64,000 nucleotides of DNA from an uncultured delta proteobacterium (GTDB lineage: Bacteria > Myxococcota_A > Polyangia > Polyangiales > JAFGIB01), in contig CAVZVA010000005.1 in NCBI GenBank assembly GCA_963778655.1, positions 608,001 through 672,000 on the forward strand, written 5' to 3'. The position numbers and the translations under genes are program-made. Shown piece after piece: positions 1-9,473 of this stretch. Positions within the stretch are counted from its first letter, which is position 1. Each line of letters starts with the position of its first letter. The notes under the pieces are model-generated. The model worked only from the letters and a program-made list of their open reading frames with translations, was not told the DNA's origin and searched no databases.

Positions 1-1
1 C

Positions 2-457
2 GCGGCCTCGGGTTTCAGCCTGGAGACCGGCGCAGCCTGCAGCGGCCTGACGCCGCAGGAGTGTTGCAGCCAGCGGCTCGAGCTAGCCGGATTCAAGGCC
101 CAGGGCGACTACCTGCCCCACCTGATCAAAACCACGGTCGAGCTGGCGTGCCGCGAGCAGCACCGGGTGGTGACGGCCCAAGTCTGCAAGAGCATTGCGA
201 CCTCGCGCGGGTTTTCCCCCCAAGAGGTGGTCGCGATTTGCAAGCCCGCGGCGCGCGAGTGCAAGAAGGACGGCACCTGCCGCAAGTGCACCGCGGACCT
301 GGCCAAGCTGCACTACCAGGGCTCCTACCACGCTTGTTACGCGCTGACCTACCGGCCTGATCGATCGCGTTCGCGCGTGGTGGTGCTGCACCCCGAAGGC
401 AAGGCGGACTCCGACACGCGCTTCGAGATCACGCGCCGCCGCACGCGCTTGCAGTGA
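2..457 (+). CDS. Cys-rich hypothetical protein (5'-partial)
   Basis: Frame open from position 2 to TGA at 455-457; GC3-rich codons; many Cys, no CxxCH. Confidence 0.6.
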   Translation, partial: AASGFSLETGAACSGLTPQECCSQRLELAGFKAQGDYLPHLIKTTVELACREQHRVVTAQVCKSIATSRGFSPQEVVAICKPAARECKKDGTCRKCTADLAKLHYQGSYHACYALTYRPDRSRSRVVVLHPEGKADSDTRFEITRRRTRLQ

Positions 458-478
458 GCGCGCGCGAGACGCTCGACC

Positions 479-1159
479 TCACTCGCAGTGCCCGTTGTTG
501 CATTTACAGACCACGCCGCAGGCACCGCAGTTGTTATCGTCGAGCCAGAGCAAGGCCTCGCACCCGGTGCGGGGATCGTCGTCGCAGTCGGCGTGGAGCG
601 CCTCGCACGTGAGATGGCACTTGCTGTCCACGCAAGTTGCACCGAACACGTCGAAGCCGACCAGCGGACAGGCTTGATCGCACGCGCCGCAATGCTTGGC
701 ATCGCTGGTCACGTCGACCTCACAGCCGTCGGAGGGGTCGCCGTTGCAGTCCGCGCGCTCGTCACCGCAGGTCGCGACCAGCAGCCCGTCCTGGCACGTG
801 CAATCAGGGGACTTGCAGGCCGAGTCGCAGCTGCCGCAATGGTTGCGGTCCCTGGACAGGTCGGTCTCGCAGCCGTTGCTGCCGTTGCCGTCGCAGTCGC
901 CGAAGCCCGCGGGGCAAGGGGCTGCGCTCCCGGCATCCGGTGCCGCCGCCCCGGCCATGCCGCCGCCCTTGCCGGCGGTGCCGGCGTCGCCTTTTGCGAT
1001 CGCGCCCACGTTGCTGCCGAGCGACGCGTCGCGAATGTTGCACGCCACCAGCAACAGCGCGAGCAGCACGGGCCACACTGCGTGCGCCTGCGCCGGGCTC
1101 GCGTCGCCTCTTTCGCTGGTGCCGGCAGCTCCCATGCCGGCATGCCCCCGCTGCAACAT
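479..1159 (-). CDS. Cys-rich repeat lipoprotein (myxobacterial DxxxCGxC repeats)
   Basis: Lipobox LLVAC; three repeats of C-x-DCDG/NG-x-GCE-x-D-xx-CGxC-xx-C; ATG overlaps upstream stop (TGATG). Confidence 0.8.
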   Translation of the reverse strand: MLQRGHAGMGAAGTSERGDASPAQAHAVWPVLLALLLVACNIRDASLGSNVGAIAKGDAGTAGKGGGMAGAAAPDAGSAAPCPAGFGDCDGNGSNGCETDLSRDRNHCGSCDSACKSPDCTCQDGLLVATCGDERADCNGDPSDGCEVDVTSDAKHCGACDQACPLVGFDVFGATCVDSKCHLTCEALHADCDDDPRTGCEALLWLDDNNCGACGVVCKCNNGHCE

Positions 1160-1974
1160 CAGTGCCCTCTGCTGTCGGCTCCAGCGGCCGCGGCCAGCGG
1201 GCACGCATCGCGCACGCGCTCGGCCAACACGGAATGCGGCGTGCTGTGCAGGAACTGCTGCTGCTCGGCGCGCCCGCGCTCGGTCTCGCCCAGCCCGCAC
1301 AGGGCCAGCACGCGCAGGCCGCGCCGCTCCTCAGCGAGCGCACCCTGTGCGAACCGCTGCGCGTGCGTGTCGAGCACGCGCAAGGCGTCCGCGTAGCGCT
1401 GCGCGCGCAGCGCGGTGTCCGCTTGCTGCAGCAGCGCCAGCTCGGCGCGCAAGGTTTCGGGAGTCGGTGCCGGCCCGGCGCTCGCGAGCTGTTCGTGCAC
1501 GCTGCGCGCGGCCCGAACACGCCTCGCCGTTCGAAAGGCCGTGTCCGGCTCGGGCGTCGGCTGCGGCTCCGGCGCCTTCGCCTTCGGCGCCTTCGCCTCC
1601 GGCACGGGCGCCGGCCGAGCGGGCGTGGCGACCTGGGCGCGCGCTGCCGGCGCGACCTTCGCAGGGGCTGGAACCGCCGCCGCCGGCTCGGCCGGCGCTC
1701 GCGTCAGCACCCAGACTGCGCCCAGCGCGCCCACCCCCGCGAGGGCCAGCGCGAGCTTGCCGGTCAGGCCGGCGGAGCTTCCCCTGGCCGCGCCGGCTGC
1801 AGTGCCGGCGGGCGACCCGGCGGGTGCGGGCGCCGCGATACCGTGAGCGCCCAGCGTGACGGCCATGGCCGCGTCGATTCGCGCGCGGTCGGCGGGCGCT
1901 GGATCGTCGGCGTCCCGGGCCGCTGCGAGCAGCGCGGCCGCGTCCGCGCGCAGCATCTCGTCACGCGTTCTCAT
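1159..1974 (-). CDS. Putative anti-sigma factor (one TM, Pro/Ala linker, C-terminal TPR-like domain)
   Basis: Overlaps ECF sigma 3' end; TM LALALAGVGALGAVWVL; C-terminal ELALLQQA...GALAEERRGLRVLALC typical of myxobacterial ECF partners. Confidence 0.7.
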   Translation of the reverse strand: MRTRDEMLRADAAALLAAARDADDPAPADRARIDAAMAVTLGAHGIAAPAPAGSPAGTAAGAARGSSAGLTGKLALALAGVGALGAVWVLTRAPAEPAAAVPAPAKVAPAARAQVATPARPAPVPEAKAPKAKAPEPQPTPEPDTAFRTARRVRAARSVHEQLASAGPAPTPETLRAELALLQQADTALRAQRYADALRVLDTHAQRFAQGALAEERRGLRVLALCGLGETERGRAEQQQFLHSTPHSVLAERVRDACPLAAAAGADSRGH

Positions 1975-2635
1975 GCCCGGCTCCCTTGGTGGCGTCCAGC
2001 GCCAGCACGAAGTCGCGTCGCACCGCGCGGATCCGCGCGTAGACGGTGTTGACGTTGAGGTTCAGCGCCGCCGCGATCTCCGGTGCGGTCATCTGCTCGA
2101 GCTCGGCCATCACGAACACGCTCCGCTTGTCCTCATCGAGGCCGTCGAGAAAGGCGTGCACCACGCGTGCGGCGTGAGCCTTGACCGCATGCTGAAACGG
2201 ACCTTGCTCCTCGGGCGCGTGGAGGGTGTCGGCGTCGAGCGACGAGACCTGGCCCTCCTTGCGTCGCTGGCGGCGCCGGTGATTGCGCGCGACGCGCAGC
2301 GCGATCGCGAACAGCCATGCTTTGTAGTGCGAGTCGTCAGGCACCTTGTGGAGCTGGCGCAGCACGACCATGAAGACGTCTTGGACCGCGTCGTCGACGT
2401 GCGCCGTCGGCACGCCCAGCCGGCGCAGGTTGCGAAAGACGAAATCGAAATGTTCGCGGTACAGAGCATGAAAGCGTTCGACGATCGCAGCTGAGGGCTG
2501 CGGCGGCCGGGATTGCGAAACGTCGGCGGTAGGCCGATCGCTGCTCTCCGGAGCCGGGGTAGCCCGCTCTACTGCCTCCCTAATGTCCGGCCGACTCACC
2601 TTCCGTGACCTCGAGACAACCCAGTCCTGGGGCAT
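1961..2635 (-). CDS. ECF-type RNA polymerase sigma-70 factor
   Basis: Region 2 DDAVQDVF...AWLFAIA; region 4 EIAAALNLNVNTVYARI; start uncertain. Confidence 0.9.
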   Translation of the reverse strand: MPQDWVVSRSRKVSRPDIREAVERATPAPESSDRPTADVSQSRPPQPSAAIVERFHALYREHFDFVFRNLRRLGVPTAHVDDAVQDVFMVVLRQLHKVPDDSHYKAWLFAIALRVARNHRRRQRRKEGQVSSLDADTLHAPEEQGPFQHAVKAHAARVVHAFLDGLDEDKRSVFVMAELEQMTAPEIAAALNLNVNTVYARIRAVRRDFVLALDATKGAGHENA

Positions 2636-2708
2636 TGTGTCAGCTTCTCCCTGCTCTTGCCCGCTTGCGGGCACGAATGCCCGTGGATGCGGCGCGATTC
2701 CTATCCAA

Positions 2709-3743
2709 CTATTGGAATTCATAGGCCAGTCCGAGCTCCGTCTGGAGTGCGATCTGGGCAACCCGGTGGACCTCGAGCACGCCTCCATCGGTCTGGACGA
2801 AGAAGCGCCTGCGTGCGTACGGAACGATGGCACCGACGTCCGCGCCGGCGCTCCATCCGGAGCCGATGCGAAAGCGAGCCCGGGCTCCTGCGCCGGGCGC
2901 TAGCCACAGCGATGCGTCCGAGTGGGGCAGGCGGATGCCGTGCACGTCGCCGTGCATGCTGCCGACCTCGAGCCAACCGCACGGCCCGAGCTCGAAGCGC
3001 TGCAACGGCAAGGCCAGGCACATGCGTGCGCTGGCTGCGACGACGGCGATCTCCAGACGCGCACCCGGCAACCCCGTGACGTCATGCTGGATCGCGGGCA
3101 GCACGGTCGCCCCGAGCGACACGCGAACTGGAGCCAGGTGCAGCTCGAGGTCCGCGCCGAGCCCGAACCCGGGGCTGGGAAGGCTGCCGACATCGACGAG
3201 GGCGCCGACCGCGATTGCGAAGCCGAGCTTGCCGGCCCCGGCGGCGGCTGCCGCGCTCTGTGCGCCGGGCGCGCGGGTGGCCTCGGGCGCGGGGGGCGCG
3301 GCGGCTTGGCTGCGGGTCGGCGTCGCCGCCGCGCGCCTCGCTTGGAGCGTGGGGTCGAGCGCCATGGCCACCAGCAGCGCCGCCGCCTGCACTGCCGCAT
3401 CGCAGTTACCCGCGGATAGCGAGCGCTCCGCCTGCATGCTCGCGCCCGAGATGCGCAGCGTCAGCTCGTAGCGCCCATCCGCGCGGCGCACGATGTCGGC
3501 GTGGGCGGAGACACCACCGGCGTCCAGCTCGCCACTGCCGCTGCCCACGTAGTCCCGGATGCGCGCGCGAAGGTCCTCCGCTTGGGGACACTCCGGCGGT
3601 GCGTTCCAGGCGAGCTCCAGGTCCGGTGGCGGTTGAGCTCGCGCGGTCCGGCTCGACGCCGAAGCGATCGTTGCCACGGCCAAAGCCAGCGCGGCCGCGC
3701 TGCGCCCACGTCTTGGGGGGCGTGGAGTGGGGATTGCGTCCAA
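2709..3743 (-). CDS. Exported/outer-membrane protein of the ECF cassette
   Basis: 3' part of the 808-aa ORF; signal peptide ending ARAQ, WNAPPECP domain, C-terminal beta strands ending LGLAYEFQ; probable TTG start downstream of GAGG. Confidence 0.65.
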   Translation of the reverse strand: MDAIPTPRPPRRGRSAAALALAVATIASASSRTARAQPPPDLELAWNAPPECPQAEDLRARIRDYVGSGSGELDAGGVSAHADIVRRADGRYELTLRISGASMQAERSLSAGNCDAAVQAAALLVAMALDPTLQARRAAATPTRSQAAAPPAPEATRAPGAQSAAAAAGAGKLGFAIAVGALVDVGSLPSPGFGLGADLELHLAPVRVSLGATVLPAIQHDVTGLPGARLEIAVVAASARMCLALPLQRFELGPCGWLEVGSMHGDVHGIRLPHSDASLWLAPGAGARARFRIGSGWSAGADVGAIVPYARRRFFVQTDGGVLEVHRVAQIALQTELGLAYEFQ

Positions 3744-4013
3744 TCGCTTGATCCGCGCCTCGACCGGCGCTCGGCGCGGGTTCCTCGCGGCTGACCCGTG
3801 GCCGCGACTGCCGCTTGTCCTAGCGCATCTGGTCGGGCCGAAACAAGCCCGGACGCGGGGCTGCTCGCACGCCAATTCAGTCAAGGATTCTGGGGGACCC
3901 GGACATATAGCAGGGGTGCGGAATGAGCCGACACGGACGCCCGGGCTTGAAATCAGCACATCGTTGTTGCGTTTGGCCGGTGTGAGCCAGTAGAGCCTTC
4001 GAGCGTCTTGAGC

Positions 4014-5180
4014 ATGAGCCCTGAGTCGAAGACGAGGCGAGCCCCCGGCCGCAGTGCGCTCCGCGCAACCGTTCGGAGGCGGCGGAGAGGAACGCGCCTG
4101 CTGGCGTACGCGCTCTTCTGCGCGACTTGCATGGCGTCCGCGCGTGGACACGCAGACGAGATTGGCAGCGCGCTCTACATCCGGACCGATACCGACCACA
4201 CCACCGTGATCTCGCCGCACGCGCGCGCCAAGCACGACTTCGGTGGCGGCACCTCGGTGGACGTCTCGTACGGCGCTGACGTGTGGACCAGCGCGTCGAT
4301 CGACATCCGCACCGCGGCCTCCCAGGTGGTGATGGAGCAGCGCGACGAGGTCGACGTCGGCGTGAGCCACGAGTTTCCGGACGTCACAGTGGGCGCCGGC
4401 TACCGCTTCTCGAAGGAAAATGACTACGAGTCGCACGCGGGCTCGGCCTCGTTCTCCTACAACTTCGCGGACAACGCCGCCACGCTGGCGGCCAGCGCGT
4501 TCGTGTCGGCCGACACGGTGGGGCGCTCGGGCGATCCGCTGTTCAAGCGCCCCCTGGATTCGGTGGGCGGCCGTTTGGGCTTCACCCAAGTCCTGGACAC
4601 CAAGACCGTGCTTCAGGCCAGCTACGACCTGGCGTATTTCAACGGCTACCAGTCGAGCCCCTACCGCTACGTCGGCATCGGTGGAGACGGCAACTGTCAC
4701 GGCACCGCCCCGATGTGCGTGCCCGAGCGGGAGCCCGGCACGCGCCTCCGCCACGCGTTGGTCGGCCGCGTGCGGCGCGCATTCGGCGACGATTTCTCCG
4801 CCGGCCTGAGCTATCGCCTCTACCTCGACAGCTGGGGCATCCTCTCCCACACGATTGAGGCCGAGGTCTCGTGGTTGGCAGGAGAGAGCTCGGAGATCGC
4901 GTTTCGCTATCGCTTCTACACTCAGGGAGATACGAAGTTCTACAAGCCGATTTATCAACTCACCGACGATCTGCGCTACGTCACGATCGATCGTGAGCTG
5001 TCGGCGATGGGGATCAACCGCTTTGGCCTGGACCTCACGCACACTTTTCCGTTGGGCGACGACGTGAACCTCAAGGGCCTGTTCTCGCCCGGCATCGACC
5101 TGTACAGCTACAAACACTTCTACGGTCTCAAGCACGTCACCGCGTACGAGCTGAGCTTCGCCGCCGTCTTACAGCTCTGA
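4014..5180 (+). CDS. DUF3570 family outer-membrane beta-barrel protein
   Basis: DVWTSASID, SKENDYES, GYQSSPYR, YRLYLDSWGI motifs; DUF4266 gene nearby. Confidence 0.8.
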   Translation: MSPESKTRRAPGRSALRATVRRRRRGTRLLAYALFCATCMASARGHADEIGSALYIRTDTDHTTVISPHARAKHDFGGGTSVDVSYGADVWTSASIDIRTAASQVVMEQRDEVDVGVSHEFPDVTVGAGYRFSKENDYESHAGSASFSYNFADNAATLAASAFVSADTVGRSGDPLFKRPLDSVGGRLGFTQVLDTKTVLQASYDLAYFNGYQSSPYRYVGIGGDGNCHGTAPMCVPEREPGTRLRHALVGRVRRAFGDDFSAGLSYRLYLDSWGILSHTIEAEVSWLAGESSEIAFRYRFYTQGDTKFYKPIYQLTDDLRYVTIDRELSAMGINRFGLDLTHTFPLGDDVNLKGLFSPGIDLYSYKHFYGLKHVTAYELSFAAVLQL

Positions 5181-5182
5181 AG

Positions 5183-6403
5183 ATGAAGCGCTTCTGCCAC
5201 ATCGTCGTGCTGATGCTGCTCGCGTGTGCCGCGAGACCGCTGCCCTGTGCCGCGCAGGCCCCGGGCCGCATCCTGCTCGGCGGCGATCCACGGGTACCAC
5301 CCGCGGTGCAGCAGCATCTGGCCGCGGTCCTGGGTCAGGTCGCGCCGGTGGTGCCGAGCACAGTGCCGCCCCGGCCCGGGGACCTCGCCGTGATCGCCGA
5401 GCTCTCCGCGGGTGCGAGCGGCGCGCCCTTGTTGCGCCTGACCTATTACGACGGCGTGAGCGCGTCGCCCTTGTTGCGTGACGAGATGCCGATCGATGGC
5501 GGAACGCTCGGGCCGGCGTACGACTCCTACATCTTGGGGCGGGTGCAGAACGCGACCGCGATGATGGCGCAGCGCGGCCCCGCGCCCATGCAGCAAGCGC
5601 CCGGCACGATGCCGCCGCCGGGCGGCGTCGCGTCCGGCGGCGCGGCTGCTGCGCCCGAGGCCGAGGCCGAGGCCGAGGCCGAGGCCGAGGCCGAGGCCGA
5701 GGAGGAAGGCGGGCGGCCGGTTGCGGTCAGCCTCTCGCTGGGCATGGGGCCCGGCATGCACCAGGCCGCGCTGCCGACGGACTCGGGCAACCAGAGCTTG
5801 CCGCTGTCGACCTTCGCGGCGCTCGACATGCTGCTGCAGATCGACGGAGTCTCGCACCACGGCGCGATCACGCCGGGCGCGCGCATCAGCTATCGCACCT
5901 CGGTCGGCTACAAGATGCGGGACACGCCGCCGTCCGGGGTCCAGGTGAGCTCGCCCGCGCGCACCCACGAGCTGCAGATCGACGCCGTCGCGAACATCAA
6001 TTTCGGCGACAGCCTCAAGGCGGTGTCGCTGCCTCTGGCGGTCGGCTGGGCACTCAACAACTCGCGCACCGACGTGGAGCTGGTTTGGCCGCGCTACACG
6101 CTGGGCGGCCCGCACGCGCGCCTCCTGCTGCGGGTGCCGATCGCCGATGGCGCGTTCGTGCTGGCGCTGGGCCCCGACGTGCAGTGGATCGTGCAGGTGA
6201 GCGGGTCGCTGCAGCGGGCGGGAATCAACCCGACCGGGCTGGGGTTCGGCGCAGAGGTGCAGCTGGCTGCCAAGCTGAGCGAGGGCGTTGCGGTGCGCGC
6301 GCTCTACCGCGAGGCGCATGCGCAGCTCTCGAGCGCGCGGGTGGCCGGCAAGTTCACCGACACCCAACGCTTCATCACGATCGGGGCGGCGCTGGTGTAC
6401 TGA
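5183..6403 (+). CDS. Hypothetical exported/outer-membrane protein with (EA)7 linker
   Basis: Signal peptide, beta-strand-rich C-terminus ending in Tyr; starts 2 bp after DUF3570 stop. Confidence 0.7.
   Translation: MKRFCHIVVLMLLACAARPLPCAAQAPGRILLGGDPRVPPAVQQHLAAVLGQVAPVVPSTVPPRPGDLAVIAELSAGASGAPLLRLTYYDGVSASPLLRDEMPIDGGTLGPAYDSYILGRVQNATAMMAQRGPAPMQQAPGTMPPPGGVASGGAAAAPEAEAEAEAEAEAEAEEEGGRPVAVSLSLGMGPGMHQAALPTDSGNQSLPLSTFAALDMLLQIDGVSHHGAITPGARISYRTSVGYKMRDTPPSGVQVSSPARTHELQIDAVANINFGDSLKAVSLPLAVGWALNNSRTDVELVWPRYTLGGPHARLLLRVPIADGAFVLALGPDVQWIVQVSGSLQRAGINPTGLGFGAEVQLAAKLSEGVAVRALYREAHAQLSSARVAGKFTDTQRFITIGAALVY
5657..5698 (+). repeat. (GAGGCC)x7 in-frame microsatellite
   Basis: Seven exact hexamers encoding EA repeats. 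Confidence 0.95.
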
Positions 6404-6535
6404 GATGGGGTGAGGGTGCGGATGGGCAGCGGCGTGGGAGTCGAGCGCGGCACCGATTGCCCGGCCACCGGGCCGGCGCTACAACCATACACGGGTGGGC
6501 GTCGCGGCCGAGGCGACGCCGAAGGAGGTGCTTCG

Positions 6536-6784
6536 ATGCGGGCGACGCAAAGCTGGAAGCGGCGGCTCCGCGCAGCCCTGGGACTCGCCCTAGCGTGCTC
6601 CTGCCTGGCCGGACTGAGCGGTTGCGCGACCGTCGCGCCGTACGAGCGCGAGCGCCTGGCCAAGCCCGACATGCAGTTCGAGCCCGACGCCGACGGCAGC
6701 GCCGGCGAGGAGCACGCCACCGCGTACCGCGAGGGCAGCAGCGGCGGGTCTAGCAGCAAGGGTGGTGGCTGCGGCTGCAACTGA
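6536..6784 (+). CDS. DUF4266 domain lipoprotein
   Basis: SD AAGGAGGT; lipobox LSGC; VAPYERERLA...REG...GGGCGCN C-terminus. Confidence 0.9.
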   Translation: MRATQSWKRRLRAALGLALACSCLAGLSGCATVAPYERERLAKPDMQFEPDADGSAGEEHATAYREGSSGGSSSKGGGCGCN

Positions 6785-6919
6785 GCCGGCTCGCGCGCAG
6801 CGGCGTCCAGGAGCGTGGCTTTGTCCCAAGCTCGGGCCGGACTTGCGGCTTTTTCGACCGGGGAAGAGGGGGACGGCTACGATGTAGGGAACCTGGCGCT
6901 ACAGCGACGGAGGGACCCC

Positions 6920-7402
6920 ATGTATCGAGCTCTTGCCACGCCGCAGCGGCGCGCCCTCAGGCGGGCGGTGCGGACCTCCTGCGAGGCCGTGAGCAGCTGC
7001 GAATTCGAGCTGTTGGGCCAGCGCACGCTCGACATTTCGCCGCGCGGGATGTTGCTCGCGTGCGACGCGCCGGTCGCGCTGGGCGAAGACGTGATCGTGA
7101 GCTTCCGGGTTCCGGGACGCGAGCCGCTGTGGATGGACGCCGAAGCGGAGATCGCGCGCATCGTCTACGGCTTTCGCCACGGCGACCCCGGCTATTGCGC
7201 CGGGCTGCGCTTCACCTACCTCGAGCGCTGCGCCCGCGACGAGCTGCTGGCGCGGCTGGCCGGGGTGCCCCCGCCGGTGCCGCTGCGCAGGCCACCTGCC
7301 ACCTCGCCGGCGCGAGCGGCCGCGGGGCCGAGCGTGCTGCTCAGCCCAACGCTGCGCGTGGGACGCCCGGCCGGCGTGCCGGTAGGCGTGTTTTCGACCT
7401 GA
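6920..7402 (+). CDS. PilZ domain protein
   Basis: RxxxR (QRRALRR) and DxSxxG (DISPRG) motifs, GLRF. Confidence 0.8.
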   Translation: MYRALATPQRRALRRAVRTSCEAVSSCEFELLGQRTLDISPRGMLLACDAPVALGEDVIVSFRVPGREPLWMDAEAEIARIVYGFRHGDPGYCAGLRFTYLERCARDELLARLAGVPPPVPLRRPPATSPARAAAGPSVLLSPTLRVGRPAGVPVGVFST

Positions 7403-7475
7403 GCCGGCTCAGATGGCCGAGCGCGCGAGGCAGGCGCCGCGGTGCCTGCGCTGCCTCGCGCTGTGCCGCGCGGCC

Positions 7476-8054
7476 TCAACCGAGGTTCTTGTTGGCGAAG
7501 TCCCAGTTGACGAGATGGTCGAGGTAGGTTTCGATGTACTTGGGTCGCGCGTTGCGGAAATCGACGTAGTACGCGTGCTCCCAGACGTCGATCGTGAGCA
7601 GCGGCTTGGCGCTCGTGGTCAGCGGTGTCTCGGCGTTGGGCGTCTTCTTGATCGCCAGCTTGTTGCCTTCGAGCACCAGCCAGGCCCAGCCCGAACCGAA
7701 TTGCGTGGCCGCGGCGCTGGCGAACTCCTGGCGGAACTTGTCGTACCCGCCGAAGACGCCCTGAATGGCTTCGGCGATCTTGCCGCTCGGCTTGCCACCG
7801 CCGCCGGGCTTGAGCGAATTCCAATAGAAGGTGTGGTTCCAGACCTGTGCGGCATTGTTGAACATGCCGGCTTCGGAGCCGCGCACGATCTCTTCGAGGC
7901 TCTTGGACGCCATGGGCGTGCCTTCGATGAGCTTGTTGAGATTGGTGACGTACGCTTGGTGGTGCTTGCCGTAGTGATATTGGATGGTTTCAGCGCTGAT
8001 GTAAGGGGCCAGGGCGTTTTCCGCCCATGGCAGCGAAGGCAGCTCAATCGCCAT
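7476..8054 (-). CDS. sodB: Superoxide dismutase [Fe]
   Basis: HYGKHH, FNNAAQVWNHTFYW, QFGSGWAWL, DVWEHAYY. Confidence 0.95.
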   Translation of the reverse strand: MAIELPSLPWAENALAPYISAETIQYHYGKHHQAYVTNLNKLIEGTPMASKSLEEIVRGSEAGMFNNAAQVWNHTFYWNSLKPGGGGKPSGKIAEAIQGVFGGYDKFRQEFASAAATQFGSGWAWLVLEGNKLAIKKTPNAETPLTTSAKPLLTIDVWEHAYYVDFRNARPKYIETYLDHLVNWDFANKNLG

Positions 8055-8187
8055 AGTTCCACCTCATTTCGGGTTTGCGGTCGAGCGCAATCCATAAAGG
8101 CAACTGGCCCGAGGCAAAAGCCCCCATTGCGTAATTCGAGCGCCGTGCTCGACAATTTCGTCCGATTTTGCCTCCAGCGGCCCCGCC

Positions 8188-9423
8188 TCAGGGGATCGCG
8201 TCGAGGGCCACCCTGGTCTCGTGACAGCCGTAGGCGTGGGGACGCAGCTGGACCACGGTGTGCAAGGGGATGTCCAGCTGCGGGCAACGTTCGGGAGGCA
8301 CGCCCTGGAAATACGCGTAGAGCGAGCGCACTGCCGCGTTGTGCGTGATCACAAGCACCGGCTTGCGCGTGCGCTCGACCTCGATGATGACCGGCTCCAG
8401 GCGCTGGATCACGTCCTGGTAGGATTCGCCTCGCGGATAGCGGTAATGGAACTTGTCACGGCGGCGCGCGGCGTACTCCTCGGGCATCTCCATCCGGATC
8501 TGCTCGTAGCTCATCCCGTCGCACACGCCGGCATCGATCTCGTCGAGCGCGCGCCAGGAGAGTGACTTGCGGCCCAGCGCCTCAGCGGTCTGCAGCGCAC
8601 GCTTGAGCGAGCTGGTCCAGACCACCACGCCGTTGCGGTCCGCGAACGCGTCGTTGAGACAGCCGGCCAGCGCGCGTGCGTAGCCGCGCCCGTGCGCGGT
8701 CAGCTCGGGGTCGCCGCCGAGCAGGCCCTTGACGTTGTAGGCGCTCTCGCCGTGGCGCGTGAGCCAGATCGGGCGGTCGGTGAGATGCAGGTTCATCAGG
8801 AAGAACACCAGGCGCGCTGCCAGGTAGCCGTCGATGTTGCTCACCGTCACGCTGCGTCCGGCGCCGGTCACCCGCAGGTAGGCGCCCTCGTGGTCCTGCA
8901 GCGGCTCGTAGACGCGCTCGTAGTGGGCGATGCGCGCCCGGAAGTCGCGCACGGCCTCGTCGGGATCGACGTTCTCGTAGTCCGGCGAGCTCAGCTTGGT
9001 GCTGCGGATGTTGGCTTCGATGATGCTCGGGTCGTCGCACAGGATCTCGATGAACAGCACCTGGAAGCCGGCCTGCTCGCAGCGCCTGCGCACCATCGCG
9101 CGACGCTGCAGGGTGCTGTTGGTGGCGTCGTAGACCGCCACCTGTCCGTCGTGCTCCAGCCAGCCGACCATATCGGTCAGCGCCTGCATCGCGACCTCCT
9201 TGCGGGCGCCTTCACCCTCGGGGTTGTCAGGATCGAAGAAGGCGTGGCGCATCTGGGCGCCGACCCGCGCGCGCCGGTACTCGCCCACGTTGAAGACGCG
9301 CGTTCGGTAGCCGAGCCAGGAGAGGTAGCGATCGATCTTGCGGGCGGTGTAGCTCTTGCCGCGTGCCGGCAGTCCGACCATCACCAGCGCGAGCTTCTTG
9401 CTGTCGGGGCCCAGCAGGTACAC
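8188..9423 (-). CDS. Bifunctional 6-phosphofructo-2-kinase/fructose-2,6-bisphosphatase (PFKFB-like)
   Basis: GLPARGKS P-loop, FNVGEYRR, DATN, RHGES, EIDAGVC, YRYPRGESYQD; GTG start after AGGAAGG. Confidence 0.9.
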   Translation of the reverse strand: MYLLGPDSKKLALVMVGLPARGKSYTARKIDRYLSWLGYRTRVFNVGEYRRARVGAQMRHAFFDPDNPEGEGARKEVAMQALTDMVGWLEHDGQVAVYDATNSTLQRRAMVRRRCEQAGFQVLFIEILCDDPSIIEANIRSTKLSSPDYENVDPDEAVRDFRARIAHYERVYEPLQDHEGAYLRVTGAGRSVTVSNIDGYLAARLVFFLMNLHLTDRPIWLTRHGESAYNVKGLLGGDPELTAHGRGYARALAGCLNDAFADRNGVVVWTSSLKRALQTAEALGRKSLSWRALDEIDAGVCDGMSYEQIRMEMPEEYAARRRDKFHYRYPRGESYQDVIQRLEPVIIEVERTRKPVLVITHNAAVRSLYAYFQGVPPERCPQLDIPLHTVVQLRPHAYGCHETRVALDAIP

Positions 9424-9473
9424 GCCTTCCTTCTTCCCCTGTGGCTGGCCGTCCCGCAAGGCTGGCTGGCGTC

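Noticed and set aside
2..1159. Multiheme cytochrome in the Cys-rich ORFs
   Set aside because: No CxxCH motifs.
3744..5135. 5' part of the 808-aa minus ORF 2709-5135
   Set aside because: It is mostly antisense to DUF3570; only the 3' ~345 codons look coding.
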